DNA of 64,000 nucleotides from an uncultured Phycisphaerales bacterium. GTDB taxonomy: Bacteria; Planctomycetota; Phycisphaerae; Sedimentisphaerales; Anaerobacaceae. How positions within the stretch are numbered: the first letter of the stretch is position 1; each line of letters begins with the position of its first letter. Shown one piece after another: positions 1-10,001 of the stretch. The translations under genes were made by a program, and so were the position numbers. Location of the stretch: NCBI GenBank assembly GCA_963772725.1, contig CAVYYI010000004.1:332774-396773 (forward strand), read 5' to 3'. Under the pieces are notes generated by a model. That model was not told where the DNA came from. It saw only the letters and a program-made list of their open reading frames with translations, and made no database searches.

Positions 1-570
1 TGATACCGTTCCAATTCGTCTGTGTTTCTTCTATAAAAGCGTGAGACCTGCCGACTGGAAATAAATTAGGTTCGTTGTTAACCTGGATGGTCAATATATG
101 GTTACCGGGTCTCATCGCATCTGTTACGTCATAGGTATGAGGTGCACAAAGGCTTTTTTGACTGCCAAACGACTGGGAATCAACCCATACGGTTGTTTGT
201 TTTGTCCGTTCGAGAAAAAGGATTATTCTCTTGTCTTTCCATCCGTCCGGTATTTCGACCTGACGCTGATACCAGGCTGGTCCCTGATAAATATACAGCC
301 TGCTCAGGCGTTCTGTGATTTTGCTTGTCATTTTTTGTTCCTTTTTGGTTTTCGTCGGTTGTCCCCGGCAGCTCTGACATTTTCGGGCAGCTTCTTTTCA
401 TACCATTTTTCTGTTATGCCCTGTTCATTGGCATCGAGCGCAAAATCCCATTGGCCTGCCAGCGGGATAGCCTCCCTGTCATATCCAGAACAGACTGCGG
501 GATTCAAAGTCAGACAAAGACAAATAAAAAACGCAGTTACCGCACAGGCTCTTGTATTGAAATTGCACAT
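1..570 (-). CDS. Glycoside hydrolase family 2 (beta-galactosidase-like), 5' part; runs off the window; two apparent frameshifts (~373, ~320)
   Basis: ATG at 570 with AGGAG RBS and a signal peptide. Reading across frames gives LAGQWDFALD...LPGTTDENQKG...YQGPAWYQRQVEIP...LFLERTK...HAFIEETQTNWNGI, typical of the GH2 N-terminal sugar-binding domain. Confidence 0.75.
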
Positions 571-585
571 CTCTTTAGTCTCCTT

Positions 586-1905
586 TTACCGATTATAATT
601 ACTGATTTCTTCCCTGGCAATACGACACCACTGAACCAAATTTTCAGGATGGTTTGCTATAGTATGATTATCTTTCATGATTATTTCAACAACACAGTTT
701 TTGGTGATTTCAAGATTCCGCCGCAGGTTTTCTCGGATTTGTTCGAAATTCGGCTCCGCTACTGCCAAATCGGCTGGGTTGACTTTCATGGAAAAGATAT
801 AATCTTTTTTCAGATATTCAGCCATTTTTTCATAATCTGCCCATGGAGAGCATGAAACTCGCCGCAGATTATGATGCTTTTTAACGATATCCCATCGACT
901 ATTGAGCGGCTCACAGCAGCCGTAGCAGGTCAGGCCGAATCGCTCCATAATAGGTTTTTCGTATGGGTAGATAAAAGCCTCGTACAACTCCGGCGAAATT
1001 CCAACCGTTTCCTGGCTTTCGGTAAATCCCCACATGTCCTTGCATCGAACTAAGCCTGAATAATCTTTTGCAGGCAGCTTGTCCGTAAGACCGTATCCGC
1101 CCGACCCGACATAAGTACCATCATTATTTAAACTAAGCAAACCTTTCTGTTCGAGCCAGTCCAGTTTTCGCAAAAAGCCTGACGATATTCTACTGAGCAA
1201 TTCTTTAGTCTCATCAGGATAGTCATAAAAATCATACATCATTTTTTCCAGGCCGCGTAAAAATACGAAAGGCATGGTAAGACCCAGTGACCACCACCAC
1301 GTTCCCTTCAGACGAACTTTCAGTATGTCTCCAAACACACATTTTGTTTCTGATAAACAAGCGTTCGTAGTATCCCAATCTATCTGCGGTTCTTTAAGAT
1401 GAATTTTGCCAAGGTCGGTTTTATAATCCTTGAGGGGGCTATCCCAGCGGGCTGCTCCATCAATTTGTGTTTTTTCAAATGCTACCGCCAATCCCCAATC
1501 ATCGGGCTTTACGGTATATGGCACATCGAAAAAATTTTCGATTGGCGTATCGTCCTGCATTTCATCGTTGCTGAAAATCTTCTTGCGCAAAAGCATTTCC
1601 CAGCGTTGAGCCAGCAGACCCGAACATCGCATTTCAGCATCAGTGATAATCTCATTCCATCCGTTTTCCGGGTCGCAGAAAAAAACCGGACGGACGGGCT
1701 TAAGGCCGTTCAGCGATTTCCATGCCCGACAGATTTCATTCATTCGTCCAGAAGAAGCGATTTCAGCTACCTTCTCTGCCAACGGACGCAAAATTGCGGA
1801 ATCTGAATCGCTGATTTTCATATCTTTTGGAACAAAACCTGTTTCAATGGCTCCTGAAGCTGTCTGATTTATACCGGTTGATTTCCCCTGACCATAATGC
1901 TGCAT
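586..1905 (-). CDS. Uroporphyrinogen decarboxylase/MtaA-like TIM-barrel protein of unknown function
   Basis: 439-aa ORF with LRGLEKMMYDFYDYP, ISPELYEAFIYPY and YGCCEPL motifs resembling the URO-D/methyltransferase superfamily. Confidence 0.6.
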   Translation of the reverse strand: MQHYGQGKSTGINQTASGAIETGFVPKDMKISDSDSAILRPLAEKVAEIASSGRMNEICRAWKSLNGLKPVRPVFFCDPENGWNEIITDAEMRCSGLLAQRWEMLLRKKIFSNDEMQDDTPIENFFDVPYTVKPDDWGLAVAFEKTQIDGAARWDSPLKDYKTDLGKIHLKEPQIDWDTTNACLSETKCVFGDILKVRLKGTWWWSLGLTMPFVFLRGLEKMMYDFYDYPDETKELLSRISSGFLRKLDWLEQKGLLSLNNDGTYVGSGGYGLTDKLPAKDYSGLVRCKDMWGFTESQETVGISPELYEAFIYPYEKPIMERFGLTCYGCCEPLNSRWDIVKKHHNLRRVSCSPWADYEKMAEYLKKDYIFSMKVNPADLAVAEPNFEQIRENLRRNLEITKNCVVEIIMKDNHTIANHPENLVQWCRIAREEISNYNR

Positions 1906-1923
1906 TACAAAACTTCCTTTTTA

Positions 1924-3525
1924 TTAACGCATCAAATACCAAAGTATTGTGGTGATACCAACTACAAGCGCAAGCCATAAACGATAGTCCTGCAATAAGC
2001 CAAGTTTTGGCTGCAGAACCTGCTCTTCCTTCTGTCGATTCCAGTTATAGGTGGTATGAACCAGCTTTTCAGCAGGTTCAGGTGATGTCAGCAGGGATAT
2101 GAATATCATAACAAATAAACACACAAGGAACTGTAAAATCGCACCGTGCAGGAATGGTTGAATCAGCGGATGGCCCATGAATGGCAAATAATCTTGAAGG
2201 AAATGTTTTTGCGTATCAATCATCATAATTGGAGAAATAATAAATGCCGTTATCATACAGGCCATCACTCCAATGGTATTGGTACGCTTCCATAAAACAG
2301 CCATGAAAAAGATACCGGCAAACGGCATCATAAGATAGGCCTGTACCATTTGAAGGTAAACGAACAGCGACTTGAATTGGCCAATAATAGGCGCCCATAA
2401 TGCCCCGAGAACAAATATCGTAAGCACCGCTATTCGTCCCACCATGACCTGCTGGTTTTGCGAAGCTTTAGGACGTATTTTAAGGAAAAAGTCTCGCGTG
2501 AACAGCGTCGATACCGAATTGTAGGTCGCACTGATATGCCCCATTAAAGCAGCAGCAATCCCCGCTATGGTCAGCCCAAGTAGGCCGGTTGGCATGAGAT
2601 TCTTAAGCAATGTAGTATAAGCCTGGTCTGGTTTATCGATATCCGGATACAATGCTTTCGCTATCAGACCGGGCAGCACAAGCAGAAAAGGTGTGCTTAA
2701 TTTGAGAGATGCGCAAAACACCGCACCAAGTCTCCCTTCATTCAGACTCTTGGCTGCAAACACCCTTTGTACAAGTACCTGGTCCATTGACCAGTAAAAA
2801 CTTCCTAACAGAAATACCCCGAAAAACATACCAGGCCAGGGTACATCAGGATGCGTGGCAGGCTTAATCATCTCGAACATTCCAGAATCTAATTTCGCAT
2901 GAAGGCCATTCCATCCGCCTACATGATGCAGCCCAAGGACAGTCAGAATTATGGCCGCAATCAAAAGTACTGTTGTCTGGATTGCATCTGTATATACAAC
3001 TGCACTCAACCCGCCTTTCATTGTATATATTGCGGTTATCAACCCCACAACCCAGATTACCGTCATTTTATCCCAGCCGAGAATCTCTGAAAACACAATC
3101 GATGAAGCCCAGAGTGAAATGGAAATTTTTGTCAAAACAGAAAGAATTATCATCATAGCGGAAAACAGCAACCGCACACTTGGCCCAAAGCGTTTTTCAA
3201 GAAATTCGGGAACGGTGTATATCTTGTTTTTAATATAAAATGGAAGAAACAGTAAAACCAAAGGAATCAGGCAATACACCGCCATCCATTCGAAACCACC
3301 GAAGGCCATCCCTACTGCAAAGCCGCTTCCTGCCAGCCCAACAATATGTTCAGCGGATATGTTTGAAGCGAAAAGTGAGGCGCCGATAAATGGCCATCTG
3401 AGTTTGCGACCTGCAAGAAAATAACCCTCACTGGTATCTTGACGTTTAACAATATACAAGCCGATAACCAGAATAACAGCAACATAAATTGCAATTATAA
3501 ACCAATCCAAAAAGTGAAGCGTCAT
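1924..3525 (-). CDS. Sodium:solute symporter (SSS/SGLT family), probably for a sugar
   Basis: 533-aa multi-TM protein with YFLAGR, ASLFASNIS, GGLSAVVYTD and DQVLVQR motifs. Confidence 0.9.
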   Translation of the reverse strand: MTLHFLDWFIIAIYVAVILVIGLYIVKRQDTSEGYFLAGRKLRWPFIGASLFASNISAEHIVGLAGSGFAVGMAFGGFEWMAVYCLIPLVLLFLPFYIKNKIYTVPEFLEKRFGPSVRLLFSAMMIILSVLTKISISLWASSIVFSEILGWDKMTVIWVVGLITAIYTMKGGLSAVVYTDAIQTTVLLIAAIILTVLGLHHVGGWNGLHAKLDSGMFEMIKPATHPDVPWPGMFFGVFLLGSFYWSMDQVLVQRVFAAKSLNEGRLGAVFCASLKLSTPFLLVLPGLIAKALYPDIDKPDQAYTTLLKNLMPTGLLGLTIAGIAAALMGHISATYNSVSTLFTRDFFLKIRPKASQNQQVMVGRIAVLTIFVLGALWAPIIGQFKSLFVYLQMVQAYLMMPFAGIFFMAVLWKRTNTIGVMACMITAFIISPIMMIDTQKHFLQDYLPFMGHPLIQPFLHGAILQFLVCLFVMIFISLLTSPEPAEKLVHTTYNWNRQKEEQVLQPKLGLLQDYRLWLALVVGITTILWYLMR

Positions 3526-3780
3526 TTGGTATTTCCCATATTAAACGCCTGGCTACACAGCCAAGCCATTATGATTCAACAGCGATATTAAACACAATTA
3601 CAATTACAGCAAGTCCCAAACCGATTTTCTTGTACTAAAAACCAATTTCTATTATATATTAGCACAATAGGACAAAGAAAACATAACACTTTTCTTTTAT
3701 AGATATTTGAGGTCTCTGAAAACTGTCATAATTGAGGAAAAAAACAATAACCTCGTATTAAGGCAAGTGCAATTTAATGA

Positions 3781-4872
3781 CTATTCCAGCGGTATATGAA
3801 CATTGAATGAATCGTTTTGGTCCACATTAGCGGCACAAAAGAGTACCCTGGGCTTTCCATTCTCAAACCAAAGCTGAGGTCTTTCAAGGCGAGCTAACTG
3901 CTGAATCTGGCCGTTGTCCCAGCGTATCTGCGGCGTTGAGACAAGCGGATGAGGTGCAACAGTCCAGTCAAATCCATTGTGCGATTCAAAGAGAACCAGG
4001 GCCTGTCCTGCTTTTGTAAAGTATCCACGCATATCTTTAACGATAGCATAGTAGCGGTCACTGACGTACCAGATAAACGGGTCTTCAGCGGGAAACTTTG
4101 CTCCTTCTTTTGTGAAGATTGGATAAGGACGTTTGACAAATGGCCCCAGAGGCGAATCCGAAGTGGCTGCCACATGAACAACCGGGCCGCCAAAAGGCAG
4201 TTTACCTTTATCTCCGACCGCTTTATAAACCATCAGGTAGCCTCCGTCGGGCCGCTGCGTAATACTCGGATTGGAGCAGCAAAGGGCATCATAAAATCCG
4301 GGGGTCACATCGATGAGCGGTTTATCAAAGCGTTTCCATGGCCCGTTTGGGTCATCGGCTACCGCAACCCCAATACGCTGGTGATTACGATTGTCCCAGT
4401 AGCTTAAATTGCCGGTATTACCCATGTAATACAGATAGTACTTATCGCTAAATTTATGTATGGTAGGATTGTGGGTACACAGGCCGTCCCAGAAATCCTT
4501 TCCCCGTTTAGGAAGAGCGATATTGACATGGTGATACGGGCCAAGAGGAGTATCAGCTACTGCGTGAGCCACCTCAGAATGTGTGGCCCATGCACCAAAA
4601 CCAAGCTTGCGCGGCCAGCGGGAGTAAAACAAATGATATTTTCCTTTTTCGTCCGCCACCATACTGCCGCACCAGATGTAGTAATTTGGGTCTATAAATT
4701 TGGCATAAGCAGGAACCGGTTTTATCAATGACTGCAGGTCCAAGTTGCTTTTCTGAGCAGTATCTTCCGCAGTCAAGGCAGTGGTGATGCTCTGCGTTTT
4801 TTTACAGCCTGAAAGGATAAAAGCTAAAAAGAGAATAGATACTAAAATTATGCCGAGAAATTTTCTTGTCAT
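3781..4872 (-). CDS. Five-bladed beta-propeller glycoside hydrolase (GH43/GH117-like), lipoprotein
   Basis: Lipobox LSGC; motifs YHLFYSRW, HNPTI, RIGVAVADDPNGPW, EDPFIW, LERPQL. Confidence 0.75.
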   Translation of the reverse strand: MTRKFLGIILVSILFLAFILSGCKKTQSITTALTAEDTAQKSNLDLQSLIKPVPAYAKFIDPNYYIWCGSMVADEKGKYHLFYSRWPRKLGFGAWATHSEVAHAVADTPLGPYHHVNIALPKRGKDFWDGLCTHNPTIHKFSDKYYLYYMGNTGNLSYWDNRNHQRIGVAVADDPNGPWKRFDKPLIDVTPGFYDALCCSNPSITQRPDGGYLMVYKAVGDKGKLPFGGPVVHVAATSDSPLGPFVKRPYPIFTKEGAKFPAEDPFIWYVSDRYYAIVKDMRGYFTKAGQALVLFESHNGFDWTVAPHPLVSTPQIRWDNGQIQQLARLERPQLWFENGKPRVLFCAANVDQNDSFNVHIPLE

Positions 4873-5292
4873 TTGCCTGTTCCTTAAATTGATTTCCCTA
4901 AATTTAATCTGAATCGCAGCACACAGGTTTACTCCCGAAGACCGCTGTTGGATTTCAATAGTTTAAACATTTTCGCAGTCTATTATTCGATAATTCCAAC
5001 GTGATTTCAACATCTATTTGTTCAAACTTGGGGGTTTTGACGGAGATTTAGGGAGATGGTTCACTCAAGGCGCACTCCTAACGAAAACCAACACAAAGAC
5101 TTAACTTAAATTTCGGTTTACTCATAGTCCTCCACATTTTTTACAAGTTTCCGCAGAATCAAATTCAAAACAACACCTTGTCAGCACTGCAGTATTAAAA
5201 TTCTTGCCTTATAGTTCCCTGATTTTAATATCCTTGTATTGCTTGTTTTTCGCCATAGATAAATATTCTCCCGATTATGCTCCTGACATATT

Positions 5293-5326
5293 AAAAAAAA
5301 GGGGATTTGGATATTGCCCTCTGTTG
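5293..5326 (-). terminator. Possible intrinsic terminator after the sigma/anti-sigma pair
   Basis: Minus strand AGAGGG...CCCC followed by T8; the stem is short. Confidence 0.3.
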
Positions 5327-5381
5327 TTAAAAAAAGTGTATTTGTGAACGATGTTCCGGCTGTGGCGTTTTATGATGAAGA

Positions 5382-6425
5382 TTATTCTTCTGATACAAAA
5401 TCCACTTTAGCATCTTGCGGGTGATGGACCAGTCGAGTGAACCAGTCATCAGGCAGTGGTGTTTGATTTTTAAGTTCAATAACCAGTCTCTTTGGGGAGA
5501 GGTCGCCTTGGAGGTGAATGCCGGCAAACTCGATTCGCAGCAAAAGACCTGTATCAGCATCTGCCCATATCTCAATATTTTTTGGCCCAGGAAAATCTTT
5601 GCTGATTTTTTGTGCATCCAGATATTTTGTGGAGCTGTTTTGCTTCTGGTCATCAGTAATATCTTCGAGGTATTTGATCTTGTAATGGTCGCGTATCTGC
5701 AGGAGAGTAGCTTTTAAATCAAGTAATAATATCGCGGCTAATTCCGGGGGCATTGGGATACGAAATGCCTGCGAGTCATTACTGACCAATATGGGTTTAT
5801 CAGGTCGAATCATCCATCTTGTTTGGCCGTCGCTGCCGATTATAAGCGTTTTGCCGGAAGTTGTCTGGCGGTAGAGGACGAACTTGTCGCTGCCGCGAAG
5901 ATAGAGAGTTGCCCCATCGAGTCCTGCGCGTTCTCCGGTTCCTTTTGCTTTTTCAGGATTTTGAGGGGGCTGCGTGCGGCGATTGTTTTTTTCGCTATCT
6001 ATTACTATGAATGAATAGGTGCGATCTCCGGCACTATCGATGGCGGCTATCATCTTATCAATCGAAGCGGAAGCGGTATTGGTCGGCAGTTGTGTAAACA
6101 GGATTGCAAAAGATATTATTATGACAGCAGCAATACCATAGCGAATAAGTGGTCTGGCTATGTGATAAAACTTTCTCGCAATTTCGGTATGAGTGTTTAT
6201 CTGCTGCATTACTTTCTGAATCCTGCGTTCTTTGGCGACTTCATCTTTATCAGCTAATTGCAGCAGCAGCGAATGAACAAGCTGCAATTCAGCTATTCGG
6301 TGGGCCTGTTTTGTGTCCAAAGATTTGCGGATAAGCTCAAAGGATTCAGCCTGTTCAGAATCGAACCATTGGCTTATTAATTCATCAACAACATTATTTT
6401 CAGGTTTATTTTGTTCCGTGGTCAT
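5382..6425 (-). CDS. Putative membrane anti-sigma factor with a LolA/RseB-like extracytoplasmic domain
   Basis: ATGA overlap with the ECF sigma gene; short cytoplasmic N-terminus, one TM (YGIAAVIIISFAILF), beta-rich C-terminal domain ending IEIWADADTGLLLRIEF...PLPDDWF. Confidence 0.6.
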   Translation of the reverse strand: MTTEQNKPENNVVDELISQWFDSEQAESFELIRKSLDTKQAHRIAELQLVHSLLLQLADKDEVAKERRIQKVMQQINTHTEIARKFYHIARPLIRYGIAAVIIISFAILFTQLPTNTASASIDKMIAAIDSAGDRTYSFIVIDSEKNNRRTQPPQNPEKAKGTGERAGLDGATLYLRGSDKFVLYRQTTSGKTLIIGSDGQTRWMIRPDKPILVSNDSQAFRIPMPPELAAILLLDLKATLLQIRDHYKIKYLEDITDDQKQNSSTKYLDAQKISKDFPGPKNIEIWADADTGLLLRIEFAGIHLQGDLSPKRLVIELKNQTPLPDDWFTRLVHHPQDAKVDFVSEE

Positions 6426-6970
6426 GCCGTTATCTCCACCACGACTTTTTTATGTTTCAGGCAATCGAGGAGCTGCGACCTTGCTCTTTGAAGCCGTTTT
6501 TTTATGGTTTCAACGGAAGTTTCTGATATCGCGGCAATCTGCGATGCGGGGGTTTGCTTAAAATAGCGAAGATGTATAGCCTGGTGGTAATCCTCAGACA
6601 ATGTTTCAATACAATGTTTTAGTGCTGCTATTTTTTCGTCCCAGGTGTCGCCGGGACTTTCGCTGATATGCTGTATCTGCTGACTGAGGTATTCCAGGGT
6701 TTCGTCTTCAAACATCATAATATCAGATTTTGTTTTACGGAAGTGAGCCATTACAAGTTTAGCGGCAATACCACGCAGCCAGGGGCCAAATGGCCTGTCA
6801 CGGTCATATTCATCGAGTTTTTGCCATGCGATGACCATTGTTTCCTGAAAAAGGTCATCGATAACAGGCTGGTTCCGTACAACTGCCCTGAAGTAGGTCA
6901 TGAGCATTGCCTGATTTTCTCTGACAAGAATCTCAAAGACGGCTTTTACTTGTTCTTTTTTATGCAGCAT
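6422..6970 (-). CDS. ECF-subfamily RNA polymerase sigma factor
   Basis: 182 aa; region 2 (DDLFQETM...FGPWLRGIA) and region 4 (IAAISETSVETIKKRLQRAR). Confidence 0.92.
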   Translation of the reverse strand: MLHKKEQVKAVFEILVRENQAMLMTYFRAVVRNQPVIDDLFQETMVIAWQKLDEYDRDRPFGPWLRGIAAKLVMAHFRKTKSDIMMFEDETLEYLSQQIQHISESPGDTWDEKIAALKHCIETLSEDYHQAIHLRYFKQTPASQIAAISETSVETIKKRLQRARSQLLDCLKHKKVVVEITA

Positions 6971-7009
6971 AATTGGCTCTTTTTAAAAAGACCACTGTTT
7001 CTAATGTAT

Positions 7010-7038
7010 ATTGTTGTTAAATTCTCATTTGGGGACAA
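7010..7038 (-). promoter_or_regulatory. Candidate ECF promoter TTGTCCCC-N16-ACAAT driving the sigma gene
   Basis: Same bipartite motif and spacing as the + strand copy at 7063-7091. Confidence 0.65.
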
Positions 7039-7062
7039 TAAATAAAATATTTTTCAAAAAAT

Positions 7063-7091
7063 TTGTCCCCGATGCACATTATTTAGACAAT
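7063..7091 (+). promoter_or_regulatory. Candidate ECF promoter TTGTCCCC-N16-ACAAT driving the 7195 operon
   Basis: Mirror copy of the motif at 7010-7038. Confidence 0.65.
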
Positions 7092-7194
7092 TATAGATGG
7101 AACGAACGAAAATTGCTATGGCTGAATTGGCAAAAAGATTGAAAAGAAATAATTTTGAAATATTTAACGTCTATATTTGAGAAGGAGATAGCCC

Positions 7195-8541
7195 ATGAAG
7201 ACAAATTTAGTAAAAATTATTGTTATCTGTTTGTTCTGTAATTGCATATTGTCTGTGATTGGCATTGCGGAGGAGCCTCCACGGCGCGGGCCGAGACAAG
7301 ACCAAAGACAGCGTAATGACAGAAGAGAAAATAAGCCAAACGAGAAAATGAAACCGCAACAAAACAAATATTCAATTGAGCAGGCTGTCAGCGATAATGC
7401 ACAACTGCATACCGTCGCATTTAGCGGGCTGGCATTTTTGACAGGTGATTTCGGAGCGTGCACCTTTATTCCGCCCGGCAAGGTCTGCGATTTCTTTGGA
7501 TTTCAGTATATGCGTGATATTGATGTCGCACAAAAAGGACACAATCCGATGTTTCTCAACCGTGTGGCGGGCAATGTGATGCATGTCCTGAATGACAAGC
7601 AGAAACAGATATTTCTGGACTTGGCTGAGCAGCAGGCACCGCAATTGGAAAAACTGGCAAAAATGCGGCTGCCGCTGATAAAGGCTTTTTGCATGCAGCG
7701 GGATAATCAAATACCCGCCGGCAGCAATGGGCTCAACAAAGAAGCAGTGATAAAATATGTCGGTGATATTTTCGCTTATGATGCGCAGCTGAGTTTGGCG
7801 CGCGCGGAGGCCATGGCGAAGGTGGATTTATCATTGACGCCTGAACAGAAGGCGTATTTTGCGAAAATGAAATTCGGTGATTTCAGCACTTGGCCCGCCA
7901 TAGATGAGCGTGATGAGATGAGGAATCAGGGACGCGGAAAATCGAAGCTGTTCAATGTGGCGTATATGACTTATGCCAGTGAATATTTCAGTTGGACAGC
8001 CGGTTCGGTTGAAGCTGATACCTATTTTTGTCCTGAACGGCATGGAACATATTTCGGCGGGTTCTATATGAAAGATATGCCCGCGATGGGTAAGCGGGAC
8101 TATGATATAAGCACTTCGTTCACAGGTGACAGCGGCAAGGCTTTCGTTGATGAAGTATTGACCGAACAGCAGAGAACGGTTATCACTGAAATTCCAGACA
8201 AACAGCGAGAATTGTTGAAGGAAACAATTACTGTTCGCAAAAGTATTTCGCAGGAATTGCGAAAGCTTTTAGACGGCAAAACGCCGGATAAGGCGAAGAT
8301 TTTGAGTCTTGGCCGCCGTTATGGCGAATTGGATGGCGAAATGTCGTGGTATTATGCAACTGCTTTTGCAAAGGTTAATCAGACTCTCACCAAAGAGCAG
8401 CGGGCGGCTTTAATGAAATTGCGTAATCTCGACGGCTATAAAAGCGCTCCGTATTACATCTATTCAGGCCCGGCTCAGGAACAGCCGGTTCTGAATAATG
8501 TGGAGGCTTTCTTTTTTAGCCCGAAAGGAACGAAAAAATGA
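7195..8541 (+). CDS. Exported helical protein with several Spy/CpxP-like LTXXQ motifs; function unknown
   Basis: AAGGAG RBS, signal peptide, motifs LNDKQ, LTPEQ, LTEQQ, LTKEQ. Confidence 0.6.
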   Translation: MKTNLVKIIVICLFCNCILSVIGIAEEPPRRGPRQDQRQRNDRRENKPNEKMKPQQNKYSIEQAVSDNAQLHTVAFSGLAFLTGDFGACTFIPPGKVCDFFGFQYMRDIDVAQKGHNPMFLNRVAGNVMHVLNDKQKQIFLDLAEQQAPQLEKLAKMRLPLIKAFCMQRDNQIPAGSNGLNKEAVIKYVGDIFAYDAQLSLARAEAMAKVDLSLTPEQKAYFAKMKFGDFSTWPAIDERDEMRNQGRGKSKLFNVAYMTYASEYFSWTAGSVEADTYFCPERHGTYFGGFYMKDMPAMGKRDYDISTSFTGDSGKAFVDEVLTEQQRTVITEIPDKQRELLKETITVRKSISQELRKLLDGKTPDKAKILSLGRRYGELDGEMSWYYATAFAKVNQTLTKEQRAALMKLRNLDGYKSAPYYIYSGPAQEQPVLNNVEAFFFSPKGTKK

Positions 8542-10001
8542 GTCGGCATAAATTTTTGGGTAATTTTATCGTCGCAGCAATGATTGCAGTTGTATTATTA
8601 CCCTGTTCGACTTTTGCCAAAGATAAAATATCCCGATATGGATACAGAGATAATAAAAACGCAGAAGTTATCCTGCCGGCTGAGGCGGCAAAAACATCGA
8701 GACTGTCGCTTGTGCTGGGTTGCCCGACGGATAAATCTGTCGTTGTGAGTATCCTGTCAACCGAAAATATTGACGGATACATTGAATACGGTATTTCTTC
8801 GGGAAAATACACAAATAAAACAGATGTTATCAGTATAACTTCCGGCAAATCAAAAGAGATTATTCTAAATAGTCTGAAGCCTGATATGCAGTATTTTTAC
8901 AGGCTGAATTGTAAACATGGAGAGACACAGCCTGAATACAGCTTTCATACCCAGCGTGCGCCGGACAGTACCTTCACTTTTGCCATACAGGGTGATTCGC
9001 ATCCGGAACGACCGCAGCAAAATGACCCGCAATTATATGCCCGTACTCTGCTCGGAATCGCTTCTATCCATCCTGATTTCTATATGACCATCGGTGATGA
9101 TTTCAGTGTCGATACTCTCGCGACGGTCAATGCTGAGACTGTTGCTCAACGCTATATCCTTCAGCGTCCCTTCCTGGGCATGGTTGCGTACTCATCGCCG
9201 ATTTTTCTGGTAAACGGCAACCACGAGCAGACGGCGGCGTGTAACCTGGACGGTACGCCGAACAATGTCGCGGTCTGGGCGCAGAATGCCCGCAACCTGT
9301 ATTATCCGCAGCCGGCTGCCGATGGTTTCTATACGGGCGATACGGAACCGGTGAAATTTATCGGACAGCTTAGAGACTATTATGCATGGACGTGGGGCGA
9401 TGCGCTGTTTGTAGTAATTGACCCATACGGACACAGCACTGCACCGGTTGACAACGTTTTTGGCGGAGGTGAGAAGCGAAAGGATATGTGGGCTGTTACT
9501 TTAGGCGATGCTCAATATCAATGGCTCAAAAAAACTTTAGTGCAGAGCAAAGCGAAATACAAATTTGTTTTTGCTCATCACGTTCTCGGTACGGGCAGGG
9601 GCGGTATCGAGAATGCTGGTTTGTATGAATGGGGAGGCAAAAACAAAAAAGGCCAATTTGAGTTTAATCAGAGACGTCCCAACTGGGAATTGCCTATTCA
9701 TCAATTGATGGCAAAGAATGGTGTTACAATTTTCTTCCAGGGGCACGACCATATTTTTGCCCGGCAGGAACTTGATGGCGTAATTTATCAAACGCTTCCT
9801 GAGCCTGCTGACCCGCAGTATATGCTTTATAATGATGATGCTTACAAATCCGGCGTGAAACTTCCCAACTCTGGATATTTGCGTGTTACGGTATCCCCCA
9901 ACGATGTAAAAGTGGATTATATTCGTTCCTATCTGCCTGAAGATGAAAAGGAGCAGCATAAAAATGGTGAAATCGCATACAGCTATACAGTGGAAAAATG
10001 A
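8538..10001 (+). CDS. Secreted metallophosphoesterase (purple acid phosphatase-like; FN3-like plus calcineurin-like domain)
   Basis: Signal peptide; GDSH, GDDF, GNHE, HH and GHDH metal-binding motifs. Confidence 0.85.
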   Translation: MSRHKFLGNFIVAAMIAVVLLPCSTFAKDKISRYGYRDNKNAEVILPAEAAKTSRLSLVLGCPTDKSVVVSILSTENIDGYIEYGISSGKYTNKTDVISITSGKSKEIILNSLKPDMQYFYRLNCKHGETQPEYSFHTQRAPDSTFTFAIQGDSHPERPQQNDPQLYARTLLGIASIHPDFYMTIGDDFSVDTLATVNAETVAQRYILQRPFLGMVAYSSPIFLVNGNHEQTAACNLDGTPNNVAVWAQNARNLYYPQPAADGFYTGDTEPVKFIGQLRDYYAWTWGDALFVVIDPYGHSTAPVDNVFGGGEKRKDMWAVTLGDAQYQWLKKTLVQSKAKYKFVFAHHVLGTGRGGIENAGLYEWGGKNKKGQFEFNQRRPNWELPIHQLMAKNGVTIFFQGHDHIFARQELDGVIYQTLPEPADPQYMLYNDDAYKSGVKLPNSGYLRVTVSPNDVKVDYIRSYLPEDEKEQHKNGEIAYSYTVEK

